This document shows, piece after piece, positions 35,711 to 45,335 of a DNA stretch of 64,000 nucleotides (position 1 is the stretch's first letter; the number at the start of each line of letters is the position of its first letter). The DNA lies in assembly GCA_030038995.1 (NCBI GenBank), contig JASHQS010000260.1:327-64326 (forward strand). Reading direction: 5' to 3'. This DNA comes from Xanthobacteraceae bacterium. GTDB lineage: Bacteria; Pseudomonadota; Alphaproteobacteria; Rhizobiales; Xanthobacteraceae. The position numbers and the translations under genes were made by a program. The notes beneath the pieces are model-generated. The model was not told the DNA's origin. It ran no database searches and saw only the letters and a program-made list of their open reading frames with translations.

Positions 35711-35986
35711 ATGATGAGCAACAGCAAGTACGGTTCGCAGACTATCTCACGACGCGCGGCGCTCACGGGTACCGCGCTCGGGTTTGTCTTGGCCGCCGAC
35801 GCGGCGATCACGTGCGCCAGCGCGCAGCAAAAGCTCTCGCAGGCGGCAGCCAAGTATCAGGACCAGCCGAAGGGACAGCAAAGCTGTGCGGTGTGCGCCA
35901 ACTTTCAACCCCCCAACGCCTGCAGGTTCGTGCAGGGGACGATCAGCCCTCAAGGCTGGTGCCTGCTGTTCGCGGCCAAGACCTGA
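35711..35986 (+). CDS. high-potential iron-sulfur protein (HiPIP) with a Tat signal
   Basis: SRRAALTG twin-arginine signal. CAVCANF...C.F..G.ISP.GWC matches the four-Cys HiPIP pattern. Only about 25 nt after the preceding gene. Confidence 0.8.
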   Translation: MMSNSKYGSQTISRRAALTGTALGFVLAADAAITCASAQQKLSQAAAKYQDQPKGQQSCAVCANFQPPNACRFVQGTISPQGWCLLFAAKT

Positions 35987-36026
35987 CCGCTTTGCGTACG
36001 ACGAAGATGGGACTTGTCAGCCTACT

Positions 36027-36045
36027 TCATATAAAATTTATCTAT
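36027..36045. promoter_or_regulatory. AT-rich imperfect palindrome CATATAAAATTTATCTATG upstream of the Rrf2 gene
   Basis: 14/19 self-complementary positions. Possible autoregulatory site. It does not align well with the 32377 box. Confidence 0.2.
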
Positions 36046-36107
36046 GCTGCCCATAGCGGACCGGGACCGACGCTGCCAGCGTTGGTCCCGGCTCCACGGA
36101 GAAGAAG

Positions 36108-36560
36108 ATGCGGCTGACACTTCATACCGATTACGCCCTGCGTGTGCTCATTCATGTCGCCCTCGCTGGCGGCAAGTTGACAACGATCAACGATATTGCC
36201 GAAAGCTTCGACATTTCGAAGCAGCACTTGATGAAAGTCGTGAACGATCTCGGCCAAAGGGGCTATCTCGACACCGTTCGCGGCCGCAAGGGCGGTATCC
36301 GCCTGCGCCGTCAGCCGCGCGATATCAATATCGGCCGGGTGGTGCGGGAGACCGAGGACAAGCTCGGGGTTATCGGCTGCCTGGAGCAGCGCGGCTATTG
36401 CCGGATCGAGCGCGTCTGCGTGCTGCGCGGCGTGTTGCGTGAGGCGACCAACGCGTTCCTTGCGGTGTTGGATGCGCACACGCTCGCCGATCTGATCAAA
36501 CCGCGGAAGGCGTTGTCGTCGTTGCTGATGCTCGATCAGCACGCAGCGCGTACCCAGTAA
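36108..36560 (+). CDS. nsrR: Rrf2 family transcriptional regulator, NsrR-like
   Basis: MRLTLHTDYALRVLIHVA wHTH N-terminus. Three Cys in GCLEQRGYCRIERVCVL (cluster-ligand spacing as in NsrR/IscR). GGAGAAG SD. Confidence 0.8.
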   Translation: MRLTLHTDYALRVLIHVALAGGKLTTINDIAESFDISKQHLMKVVNDLGQRGYLDTVRGRKGGIRLRRQPRDINIGRVVRETEDKLGVIGCLEQRGYCRIERVCVLRGVLREATNAFLAVLDAHTLADLIKPRKALSSLLMLDQHAARTQ

Positions 36561-36564
36561 CAAG

Positions 36565-36584
36565 GGTGTCCGGTGCGGGACACC
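36565..36584 (+). terminator. hairpin GGTGTCC-N6-GGACACC 5 nt after the nsrR stop
   Basis: Perfect 7-bp stem. No clear U-tract. Confidence 0.3.
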
Positions 36585-36898
36585 AAGCTGCGGCCAAAAT
36601 GGTGCAGAGAATTGGGCTAAAGCAACGGTGATCAGATCGGGGCCATCGGTAGTGCGAGGTTTTGGGCGTTGGATTTTCTTGTCTGGGTGGAGGTCCGATT
36701 CCGACCCGCAAAAAATGAAAAATCTCCAGCAATTTCGCGCAAGCGGTTTAGTCCCCCGACCCATCGGCGCCACGGCTGTGAGTTCTTTGCGGCAGCGTGA
36801 AACGAATTTGTTGGAGACAAAACTCGCTGCGAGTACGGTTCTCGGGTCGATCTTAGAGCATGTTCCGCTCCGATCGAATCGCGACTCCTCGGTTCGTC

Positions 36899-36966
36899 AT
36901 TGCCGGGCTTGACCCGGCAATCCATGCTGCGTCGGGGCCGCATGGATGCGCGGGTCAAGCCCGCGC
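36899..36966. repeat. REP hairpins (ATTGCCGGG-cttga-CCCGGCAAT; GCGCGGG-tcaa-GCCCGCGC)
   Basis: Read directly. Confidence 0.55.
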
Positions 36967-37007
36967 ATGACGGGGAAGTGGCGCTACATGAGCGAGATCT
37001 GCTCTAG

Positions 37008-38477
37008 TCAACGCTTACTGAAAAACGCGTCTTCCGATCGCGCCGCGGCGGCGGCTGCCAACTTGCCCAACTTCATCACGCCCTTTTCGATGCGCTCATT
37101 CCAGCCGTGCCCGCAGCTCAGCCGCAGACAATGACCGTAGCGGCCGCTGATCGAGAACGCATTGCCGGGGATGAAGCAGATGCCGTTCTTCAGCGCCTCG
37201 TCGAAGAGCGCCGCCGTCTGCACCGACTTGGGCAGTTCGAGCCACAGCACGAAGCTGCCAGCCGGGCGGCTCACTTTCGTGCCGGCGGGAAACGAGCGCT
37301 CGACGGCGCGACTCATCTGGCCGATGGTGTCTTCGAAAGCGCGCCTGATCCGGCGCAGATGATTGTCGTAACCGCCGGAGGACAGGAACTCGGCAAAAGC
37401 GACCTGCAACAAGGGCGGGCCGGACAGCGTAAACGCCAGCTTTCTTTCGAGAGCGCTTTGCATTTGCGCCGCCGTCTTCGTCGCCATCCAGCCGATTCGG
37501 TAGCCAGGCGCGACAGTCTTCGAGAACGAGCTGCAATAGATGATGTTGTTCGCGGACGGATCGAGCGCCATGAAAGGAACCGGCCGTTGCGGGCCGAAGT
37601 AGATGTCGCCGTTGATGTCGTCTTCGATCAGCGTGGCGCGGTATCTCGCCAACAGCGCCAGGACCTTGAGCTTGTTCTCGCTGGGCATGTTGCATCCCAG
37701 CGGATTGTTGAAACTGGACGAAAAAAGGCAGGTCTTGACGCCGTTGCGCTCAAGCACAGTCTTCAAGGCCGACAGGTCGATTCCGTCGGCCGCGTCGGTC
37801 GGCAGTTCCAGCGCCTTGAGACCGAGCGCTTCGAGTGAGCGAAGCAATCCGAAATAGGTCGGCGACTCGATGGCAACCGTATCACCGGGCCGCGTCACGA
37901 TGCTCAGCGCCAGCGCAATGGCCTCCATGCAGCCGGACGTGATAACGATGTCTTCGGGCGAAAGCGCCGTGCCCCAACGCACCGCGCGGCGGGCGATCTC
38001 CTGGCGCAGCCGCAGCTCGCCTTTGGGCTCGGTGTAAGTATTGTAACTGACGCCCTTGGTGCGTGCCGCGCGCGCCAGAAATCGATCCAGGCGCGCGGCA
38101 GCCAACAGTTCGGCGCTCGGGATAGCTCCGCCCAGCGGCACGAACCGCGGGTCCACCGAATACTGCATCACCTTCGACAGCGTCGGCGAGATGACGACAG
38201 GCGCGGCCCTGCCGGGCGGATTGGAAATCGCCGGTGGTTCGAGGCGAAGAGCCGCGCGCGAGGCAACGTAGTGCCCCGATTGGGGTCTTGCCTCCAGAAC
38301 GCCGCGGTCCTCGAGCAGCCGATAGGCCTGCAGCGCAGTCGAGAGGCTGACGCGCTGCTGCTTGCTGATCTCACGCAGCGAGGGCGCGCGTGAACCGGGA
38401 CGCAGCGTTCCGGAGTCCACCAGCCCGGCGATCAAATTCGCCACTTCCTCATAACGGAAATGCGGATGCGCGCGCAC
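37008..38477 (-). CDS. MocR/PdxR-type GntR-family regulator fused to an aminotransferase-fold domain
   Basis: N-terminal wHTH (YEEVANLIAGLVDSGTLRPGSRAPSLREIS) plus a class I/II aminotransferase domain (SFSKTVAPGYRIGW). Confidence 0.85.
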   Translation of the reverse strand: MRAHPHFRYEEVANLIAGLVDSGTLRPGSRAPSLREISKQQRVSLSTALQAYRLLEDRGVLEARPQSGHYVASRAALRLEPPAISNPPGRAAPVVISPTLSKVMQYSVDPRFVPLGGAIPSAELLAAARLDRFLARAARTKGVSYNTYTEPKGELRLRQEIARRAVRWGTALSPEDIVITSGCMEAIALALSIVTRPGDTVAIESPTYFGLLRSLEALGLKALELPTDAADGIDLSALKTVLERNGVKTCLFSSSFNNPLGCNMPSENKLKVLALLARYRATLIEDDINGDIYFGPQRPVPFMALDPSANNIIYCSSFSKTVAPGYRIGWMATKTAAQMQSALERKLAFTLSGPPLLQVAFAEFLSSGGYDNHLRRIRRAFEDTIGQMSRAVERSFPAGTKVSRPAGSFVLWLELPKSVQTAALFDEALKNGICFIPGNAFSISGRYGHCLRLSCGHGWNERIEKGVMKLGKLAAAAAARSEDAFFSKR

Positions 38478-38630
38478 GTCAGGCGTCCTCCCACTGTCGA
38501 AGTGCAGACCGGTACAGATACAGAGCAGGATAACTGTTATGGATATAATTTCAATCTCCTGTATCTGTTATGGTTGGCGGTTTTTTTCTAAAGCGGACCC
38601 GGTGGTGCAGCAGCCGGGAGTCGCTCGCCA

Positions 38631-39872
38631 ATGTCCCGCACCTCGCAGCCGGTTCGTGCCGGGACGTATCTCGACGTGCTGGCGGCCGTCGTCATAACTC
38701 TCGTCGTCCAGTTGACCATGTCGCTGTTCACGGCGAGCGTTCCGGTGCTGGCGCCGGCGATCGCCGCCGAGCGGGGATGGAATCCGGCTATCGTCGCGTT
38801 CTATCCGATCGTCGTTTATGCCACCGCTTTTCTCATCAGCTTCCACGTTCCCGCGCTGCTGTTCCGGATGGGCGGGATGGGCGTGAGCCTGGCGAGCGTC
38901 GCGATCGGCGGCGCCGGGCTGCTGCTTCTGCTGCCGCCCTACGCCGCCGCTGCAGCCGCGGCGGCGGTCGCGATCGGCTGCGGCACTGCGGCGATGAATC
39001 CGGCGAGTTCGCAGATGCTGGGACCGCGCACCGCGCCGCGAACGGCGGGTCTCATCATGTCGATCAAACAAACTGGAGTGCCGCTGGGCGGAGTGGTCGC
39101 GGGCGCGCTGGTGCCAGTTCTGGCATCCCGTTCCGGCTGGCGCATGGCCGCCGGCGAACTCGCAAGCCTCGGATCGGCTTTGGCGATCGCTCTGCTGCCT
39201 TCAGTCAATTGGCTCAATGGCGCTGCGGGAGCCGCAAAACCTGCCGCCTTTCGGCCGCTCGATCCGGTCAGGCATCTGCTCGCCATGCCCGGCATGCCAA
39301 CGCTGCTGCTCGCCAGCCTCGCCTTCAATGGCATGCAATTGTGCCTGCGGTCGTTCTTCGTCGTTTATCTGGTTACCGATCAGCGGCTCGGCCTCGCCAC
39401 GGCCGGAGTGGCGTTCAGCGCCTCGCAAGCGGCCGGAATGGTTGGTCAGGTCGGCTGGGCGGCGCTGTCGGATCGTCTGTTCTCGGTTCGCACGGTCATG
39501 GCGATGGTCGGCATTTTGATGAGCGCGGCGGCGCTCTGCACCGCCGCGATGATGCCCCGCTGGCCCCTTGGCGCCATTTATGGCGTCGCGGCTGTCTACG
39601 GGATCAGCGCCGCTGGCTATCTGCCGGTGCTGCTGGGGGAAATCGCCAAGCGCGCGCCCCCCGGCCAAGTCGGCGCCCTGACGAGCGCCGCCCAGCTTTT
39701 CCCACTGGCCGGATGCATCCTCGGACCGCTGGCATTCGGCGGCATCTCCGCCGTCATGGGAATGCCCGCAGCCTTCATCCTCGCCGCCGCGAGCACGTTG
39801 GCGGGCACAGCCCTCTTGGCAGCGCCGCATCGGCTATTCACCGACCGGTTCCGTCATGGGGGCAGAGCATGA
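38631..39872 (+). CDS. MFS transporter
   Basis: 12-TM-class hydrophobic profile. Divergent from the MocR regulator. Confidence 0.8.
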   Translation: MSRTSQPVRAGTYLDVLAAVVITLVVQLTMSLFTASVPVLAPAIAAERGWNPAIVAFYPIVVYATAFLISFHVPALLFRMGGMGVSLASVAIGGAGLLLLLPPYAAAAAAAAVAIGCGTAAMNPASSQMLGPRTAPRTAGLIMSIKQTGVPLGGVVAGALVPVLASRSGWRMAAGELASLGSALAIALLPSVNWLNGAAGAAKPAAFRPLDPVRHLLAMPGMPTLLLASLAFNGMQLCLRSFFVVYLVTDQRLGLATAGVAFSASQAAGMVGQVGWAALSDRLFSVRTVMAMVGILMSAAALCTAAMMPRWPLGAIYGVAAVYGISAAGYLPVLLGEIAKRAPPGQVGALTSAAQLFPLAGCILGPLAFGGISAVMGMPAAFILAAASTLAGTALLAAPHRLFTDRFRHGGRA

Positions 39873-39999
39873 GTCCACCTGTCAAATCGAAGCCCTTGAC
39901 ACGAAACTCAACACGGTTGACGCGGGATGCAACATTCTCCGAGGATGACGCTGAGCAAGCGCTAAAAGAGATTGTCGCCGTTCAAGGCAAATTGGCCGG

Positions 40000-40899
40000 T
40001 CACGCCACGGCGGGGTGAGCGCGCAGGAAATCTATGAACGCCCGTAGCGGAAGAGGAAGCCGGGCACGGCCGGGGTAATAGACATGCCAGCCCGGAAATG
40101 GACGCGCATAGTCCTGCAATAGCGGCACGGCCTCCCCACGATCGATCGCTCGCCTGGCCGCAGATTCGATTCCAAGAGCAACGCATGCGCCGCTGACGAC
40201 GGCACGAGCCATCAACTGAATGCTGGTGGTGACGAGGGAGCCGCTGACATCCACTTCGACCGTTTCTCCGGCGATCAAGAACCGCCACGGGTAGATCGCG
40301 CCGTTCAACATACGCCAGCGCACGCAATTGTGGTTCTTCAGGTCCTCCGGTTGCCGCGGCGGTCCAAATCGCCGCAGATAGGCGGGGCTGGCCAGGACGA
40401 CCGTGCGTGTGTCGGGGACCAAGCGGAGCGCGATCATGTCTTTCGCGATCAACGCGCCGGCGCCGATTCCGGCGTCGAAGCCTCCGGCGACGATATCGAT
40501 CGGTCCATCGACGATGGTGATATCGAGCGTGATTTCCGGATACTTGGCCATGAAATCGCTCGCCACCGGCAGCACCACCGCCTCGGCCGCGAGGCTGACG
40601 GCCGCCAAGCGTAGCGTGCCCGCCGGGCGATTGCGGTAGAGGTTTACAGATTCGACGGCGCCATGAAGCTGGTCGAGCGCAGGCCGCACTTGCGCGAGCA
40701 GCGCCCGGCCGGCCTCGGTCAGCGTGACCGAACGAGTCGTGCGATTGAATAGCCGCACTCCCAGCCGCTCTTCCAATCCGCGCAGGGCTTGGCTCACCGA
40801 CGGGTTCGTAAGCCCAAGATGGCGCGCGGCGCCGATCAAGCTGCCTTGCTCGGCGATCGCAGCAAAGACGGTGAGGCCTGGAAGAGGCAGATCACGCAT
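40000..40899 (-). CDS. LysR family transcriptional regulator
   Basis: N-terminal HTH (LTVFAAIAEQGSLIGAARHLGLTNPSVSQALRGLEERLGVRLFNRTTR) plus a LysR substrate domain. Confidence 0.9.
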   Translation of the reverse strand: MRDLPLPGLTVFAAIAEQGSLIGAARHLGLTNPSVSQALRGLEERLGVRLFNRTTRSVTLTEAGRALLAQVRPALDQLHGAVESVNLYRNRPAGTLRLAAVSLAAEAVVLPVASDFMAKYPEITLDITIVDGPIDIVAGGFDAGIGAGALIAKDMIALRLVPDTRTVVLASPAYLRRFGPPRQPEDLKNHNCVRWRMLNGAIYPWRFLIAGETVEVDVSGSLVTTSIQLMARAVVSGACVALGIESAARRAIDRGEAVPLLQDYARPFPGWHVYYPGRARLPLPLRAFIDFLRAHPAVA

Positions 40900-41125
40900 T
40901 GTTAGGCAATGCCTAATAGTCCATTACGATAATACCGTATTTTCCACTAAAAACGCGAGCCCTAATCTCCCAGCCGACAAAGCCGCCCGGCGGCGTGTCG
41001 AAGGCGATCGCAGCGAAGACGCGATCCGCGCAGGTTTAGCTGCCGCAAAAATTGCTGCCCGTTGAGTTTTGCAGTCGGACTCGATTGCGCTTTGCGGGAA
41101 ATCAACCGACGGAGCCTGAAGAGCC

Positions 41126-42463
41126 ATGAACACCCCGATCATCTCGGAATTTGCCAAAGAGAGCTCGGACCAAGCTGCCGAGCTTCCCGCCATGTACGGC
41201 CGGGTGGACTTCTCGATCACGCCCGAGCGCTTCACGGTCGAGCCTGACGTGCAGAGCGAGCTTGCTCCGGAATATGCGGCGCGGCGGCCTGAGCTGCTCG
41301 CCAACAAACAGCGAGTCGCGCTGATAAAGGCCTACACGATGCATGGCGATCCAGTCGCCGACGCCTATGCTGCGCTCATTCCGCAATACGGGTTCCAGCG
41401 CCTGGTGGCGATGCTCACGGACGCCTGCGATCGCGGCGTGGAGAACGTGCCCACCGCTCCGCCGGAGCTCGTCCGCTTCATCCGGGAAATGGAGCAATTC
41501 CCTGCGTGGCTCGACGCAAAATTGATCGAAGAGGGCGCCCGCATTGAGCGCAACGCCTTTGCCCACCGCGCCCCCTTCAGCATCCGCGGCGGTCTCATTG
41601 CCACCTTCATGAACAAGTATGCGGCCTTGCCGATGGTGCTGACCGGTGCGCTGTCGAGCAAGTCAGCGGCACACCGCCTGAACGAGACGGCGATTTTTTT
41701 CACGCAGACCGTGATGCCCGACGCGCTCGACCGCCACGGCGCCGCGTTCAAATCCGCGGCGATGGTGCGCCTCATGCATTCGATGGTGCGGTTCAACGTC
41801 CTCACCCGCGGCAATCGTTGGGACGTCAAGACCTATGGCATTCCGATTCCGCAGGTCGATCAGATGCCGGCCGGCCTGATGTCGGTTTTCATCATCGCCC
41901 AAAAGGCGTTGCGGCAAGGCCGCACGGCGTTCACGCCCGCCGAGCGCGCGCATGTCGAACTCGCCCGTTACCGCTGTTTTCTGCTCGGCCTGCCCGAGGA
42001 TCTGCTCGCCGATACGCCGCCGGCCGTCGTCGACCTCATGCTGACGCGGCACGCGACGCTGCGAAAAGGTTTCGACGACAATTGCGCCGCTCTCGTCCAC
42101 GCGATGCTCACCGCCGATCTCACTTCGGACCACTCGCTGCGCGGCCGCATGCACACATGGCTCGAGCGCGGGTTCTCCAAGGTGTTCTTCGCCAGCGAGC
42201 TGGTGCGCGGAGGCAAAAGCGTGGCCGCCAAAGTCGGAGTCGAAGTCGGCTTGTCCGACTACATTGCCGCCGCCGCGGCAGGCGTCATGATCGCCGCACC
42301 GATGACGGTCTATGCGCTCGCCGCTCACATTCCGCTCGTCCGCGACGCAGCGGACCGCTCGCTGGTCCGCACGTTGACCAATCAGCTCAAGCGCTACGGG
42401 CATGCCGAATTCACGACGAATGTTGCCAACTATCGCCCCGCGCACCTCCAGTCCGCAGCGTGA
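41126..42463 (+). CDS. MpaB/DUF2236 family oxygenase-like protein
   Basis: Central region ...AAMVRLMHSMVRFNVL...WDVKTYGIPIPQVDQ resembles the DUF2236 (MpaB/latex-clearing-protein) family. Judged from memory. Confidence 0.65.
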   Translation: MNTPIISEFAKESSDQAAELPAMYGRVDFSITPERFTVEPDVQSELAPEYAARRPELLANKQRVALIKAYTMHGDPVADAYAALIPQYGFQRLVAMLTDACDRGVENVPTAPPELVRFIREMEQFPAWLDAKLIEEGARIERNAFAHRAPFSIRGGLIATFMNKYAALPMVLTGALSSKSAAHRLNETAIFFTQTVMPDALDRHGAAFKSAAMVRLMHSMVRFNVLTRGNRWDVKTYGIPIPQVDQMPAGLMSVFIIAQKALRQGRTAFTPAERAHVELARYRCFLLGLPEDLLADTPPAVVDLMLTRHATLRKGFDDNCAALVHAMLTADLTSDHSLRGRMHTWLERGFSKVFFASELVRGGKSVAAKVGVEVGLSDYIAAAAAGVMIAAPMTVYALAAHIPLVRDAADRSLVRTLTNQLKRYGHAEFTTNVANYRPAHLQSAA

Positions 42464-42757
42464 CGGCGGCTCCGGCGACCCGCACTTTCCGGCCAACTGG
42501 CATTCGATGGGTCTCTGCACTGATTTTCCTTCTGGCCGGTCGCTCCCTTCAGCTTTCGGCTGCTCTCATCACCGCGGTGCCTGCGCTGCTTTCGGCTGAA
42601 TCACACTCAAATCATTCGAGATGTTCGTGCGGGAATATGTTTCATCCCGACCCGCAGCCAAGCGGATGTCGACCGCTGCAAGCCTGGGCCGCGGCACATT
42701 TTTGTGACACAATTGCTACAGCAAAATGTCAGTTCGACGGCGCGCGGAGTGCGGCCC

Positions 42758-43600
42758 ATGAGTGTAGAATGGCAGGCCCGGGCGGGTTCGCTGGCCTGGT
42801 CTAATCCCCTGGCCTGGTGGTGGGCTCTGTTGAGCCTCGTGAGCGGCACAAATATCGCGGTCTGGTTCCTGCTGTACCATCAGCTCCGTGAACAGCCGGC
42901 CGGCCGCCTCGACAGCGCGCCCGGTGTCGAACTCATGCTCTTGCTTGGCGCGGCCTACGTTTTCGGCTGCGCATTCAGGTCGCTCCTTCCCCGCGCCGAC
43001 GTTCAGCGGATCTGCTTGTTCGACACCTGGCTGTCGAGCGTTGCCGTCGGCCGTTCGGTGGCAACCGTGGCCGAGATCTGCTTCGCGGTGCAGTGGGTCA
43101 TGGTCTTGCACCGACTCGGCGTGATGACGGGGGCGGATACGACCTTGAACATCGCCTGGGTGGTCGCGCCGCTCATTCTCGTCGCTGAATGTTTCTCGTG
43201 GTACGCGGTGCTGACCACCAACTACTTGGGCAACGCCATCGAAAATTCGCTATGGGCCGTCGGCTTCTTCGCCGTCGGCATAGGCCTGTGCCGGTTGCTG
43301 CCGGATTTTGCTGGTCCGGTCCGCATGATCCTCCTTATCGCCATCGTCGGCATTGCGGGCTATCTGGCTTTTCTCATGACCGTCGACGTGCCGATGTATT
43401 TCAATCGATGGCGGGCCAAGGCTGCCGGCGGCGGCAGGCTCCTGAGACCTCTCGATGGCCTGCGCGACGCAAGCACGCGCTGGGTCGTGACCCGCGACCT
43501 TTCCGAGTGGAAGGACGAGATAACCTGGATGTCGCTTTATTTCAGTGCGGCGGTCTGGGCGAGCCTCGCGCTCTGCGTCTTCTACTCGCACCTCCGTTAA
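42758..43600 (+). CDS. hypothetical polytopic membrane protein
   Basis: About 7 hydrophobic helices. Start chosen at ATG 42758 (the track gives GTG 42704). No family recognised. Confidence 0.5.
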   Translation: MSVEWQARAGSLAWSNPLAWWWALLSLVSGTNIAVWFLLYHQLREQPAGRLDSAPGVELMLLLGAAYVFGCAFRSLLPRADVQRICLFDTWLSSVAVGRSVATVAEICFAVQWVMVLHRLGVMTGADTTLNIAWVVAPLILVAECFSWYAVLTTNYLGNAIENSLWAVGFFAVGIGLCRLLPDFAGPVRMILLIAIVGIAGYLAFLMTVDVPMYFNRWRAKAAGGGRLLRPLDGLRDASTRWVVTRDLSEWKDEITWMSLYFSAAVWASLALCVFYSHLR

Positions 43601-44952
43601 GCGCTCAGCGCCCGCAGCCTTTGGCGCTGCATTCGAACGGCAACAGCGGCTCGTTCCGAGCGCCCGAGCGCGACGTAGCGAAAATTGGCCCGCTTCATGT
43701 GTTCGAGGTCATAAACGTTGCGTAGATCGACGATCAGCGGCTGGGCCATCACGCGCCTTAGCTGAACGAGATCGAGCGTGCGGAATTGCCGCCATTCGGT
43801 CGCTATGACCAGGGCGTCGGCGCCCGCGGCGGCGGCGTAGGCGCTGTTGCAATAATTGACCGCCGGGAGCAGGAGCTTCGCCTGCGCCATCCCGGCCGGG
43901 TCGTAAGCTCGCACCGTGGCACCGAGATCCAGCAGACCGGCGATCAACGCGATCGACGGCGAATCGCGCGTGTCGTCGGTATCCGCCTTGAACGTCAAAC
44001 CGAGCACCCCGAGCGTCTTGCCGCGGACCGAGCCGTCAAGCGCCGCGGCGATCTTGCCCGCCATGGCGCGCTTGCGCGCCTCATTCACGCCGCACACCGT
44101 CTCGATCAGGCGCAACTGCATCCCGTGATCGTGTGCGGTCTTGATCAGCGCCAGTCCGTCCTTGGGCAGGCAGGAACCGCCGATGCCGGGGCCCGCGCGC
44201 AGGAATTTTGGACCGATGCGCTCATCAAGGCCGATGCCGCGGGCGACGTCCTCTACGTCGCCGCCGACGCGCTCGCACAAATCAGCTATTTCGTTGATGA
44301 AGGTGATTTTGGTGGCAAGGAACGCGTTGGCCGCATACTTGATCAGCTCCGCGGTGCGGCGACCGACATAGACGAACGGAGCCGCGGCAAGGAGCGGCCG
44401 ATAGATGTCGGCGAGCACGGCGCGGGCGCGCGCGTCGTCGGTGCCGATCACGACGCGGTCGGGATGGGTGAAATCCTCAATCGCCGTGCCCTCGCGGAGA
44501 AATTCCGGATTGGAAACCACGGCAATATCGGCGTTGGGCCGCTGCCGGCGAACGATGCGCTCGATCTCGTCGCCGGTGCCGACCGGAACCGTGGATTTGG
44601 TGACCAGAATCGCCGTCTCGGCGAGCAACGGCGCAACGTCCTTGACCGCATCATAGACGAAGCTCAAATCGGCATGGCCGTCGCCGCGCCGCGTCGGGGT
44701 ACCGACCGCGATGAAGACGGCATCGGCTCCGGAAACAGCGGCCAAATCCGCCGCGAAGGCGAGCCGGCCGCCGCGCACGTTCGCCGCCACAAGGGCGTCG
44801 AGGCCCGGCTCGAAAATCGGAATTTTTCCTCTCGCGAGGGCGGCGATGCGGTGGCCATCCGTGTCGATGCAGGTGACGCGGTGGCCGAAATCGGCAAGAC
44901 AGACCCCGGACACCAGCCCCACATAACCGGCGCCGATCACCGCCACACGCAT
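43597..44952 (-). CDS. ugd: UDP-glucose 6-dehydrogenase
   Basis: MRVAVIGAGYVGLVSG Rossmann N-terminus, GGSCLPKD catalytic Cys motif. Start at ATG 44952, internal to the track ORF. Confidence 0.9.
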   Translation of the reverse strand: MRVAVIGAGYVGLVSGVCLADFGHRVTCIDTDGHRIAALARGKIPIFEPGLDALVAANVRGGRLAFAADLAAVSGADAVFIAVGTPTRRGDGHADLSFVYDAVKDVAPLLAETAILVTKSTVPVGTGDEIERIVRRQRPNADIAVVSNPEFLREGTAIEDFTHPDRVVIGTDDARARAVLADIYRPLLAAAPFVYVGRRTAELIKYAANAFLATKITFINEIADLCERVGGDVEDVARGIGLDERIGPKFLRAGPGIGGSCLPKDGLALIKTAHDHGMQLRLIETVCGVNEARKRAMAGKIAAALDGSVRGKTLGVLGLTFKADTDDTRDSPSIALIAGLLDLGATVRAYDPAGMAQAKLLLPAVNYCNSAYAAAAGADALVIATEWRQFRTLDLVQLRRVMAQPLIVDLRNVYDLEHMKRANFRYVALGRSERAAVAVRMQRQRLRALSA

Positions 44953-45115
44953 CCTGATATCGCCGCTGCGAAGGCATGGGCCGCTCCGCGGCAGCGCCTT
45001 TGCGGGATCGCGCCACATCTGATCGGATTCTCCTGCTCGCTCTGCGGGCCCGGATGCGCAACGTAACGCGCGGCCGCGAATCGTTGCTCTCCTCGCGCAG
45101 GCATTTAGCTTGCGG

Positions 45116-45133
45116 CCGTGACGGTGCTGTGAC
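45116..45133 (-). promoter_or_regulatory. Pho-box-like direct repeat (minus-strand reading GAGTCAC-AGCA-CCGTCAC)
   Basis: Two GTCAC cores 11 bp apart, about 165-180 bp upstream of ugd. Weak, by eye only. Confidence 0.2.
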
Positions 45134-45335
45134 TCGAAGGCGAAAGCGAGCTTGCATTCCAAAGCATTCAAACAGCGCGCCGATGATCTTTCCAACAACA
45201 AGTCTCCTCGTTCAGCCAGAAGACCCGCAGCGACGGCTTGGCCGCGTAACAAAACTGTCGTGGATCGATGACAGAGTGCCGCAGCGAATCACCGAGCCGC
45301 GCCGGAGCAGCACCACCTTGGAGGGCGCCACGAAT

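Noticed and set aside
36640-36720. tRNA-like 3' fragment (GGAGGTCCGATTCCGACCCGCA) that could mark an integration site right of the oxidase-like module.
   Set aside because: The T-arm cannot be drawn with a canonical TTC loop and 5-bp stem. No acceptor or anticodon arms lie upstream. Too degenerate to support.
39869-40018. 49-codon ORF overlapping the MFS stop (ATGA) and the 3' end of the LysR gene.
   Set aside because: No recognisable domain, hydrophilic low-complexity sequence, and an overlap with the convergent LysR CDS. Coupling alone is insufficient.
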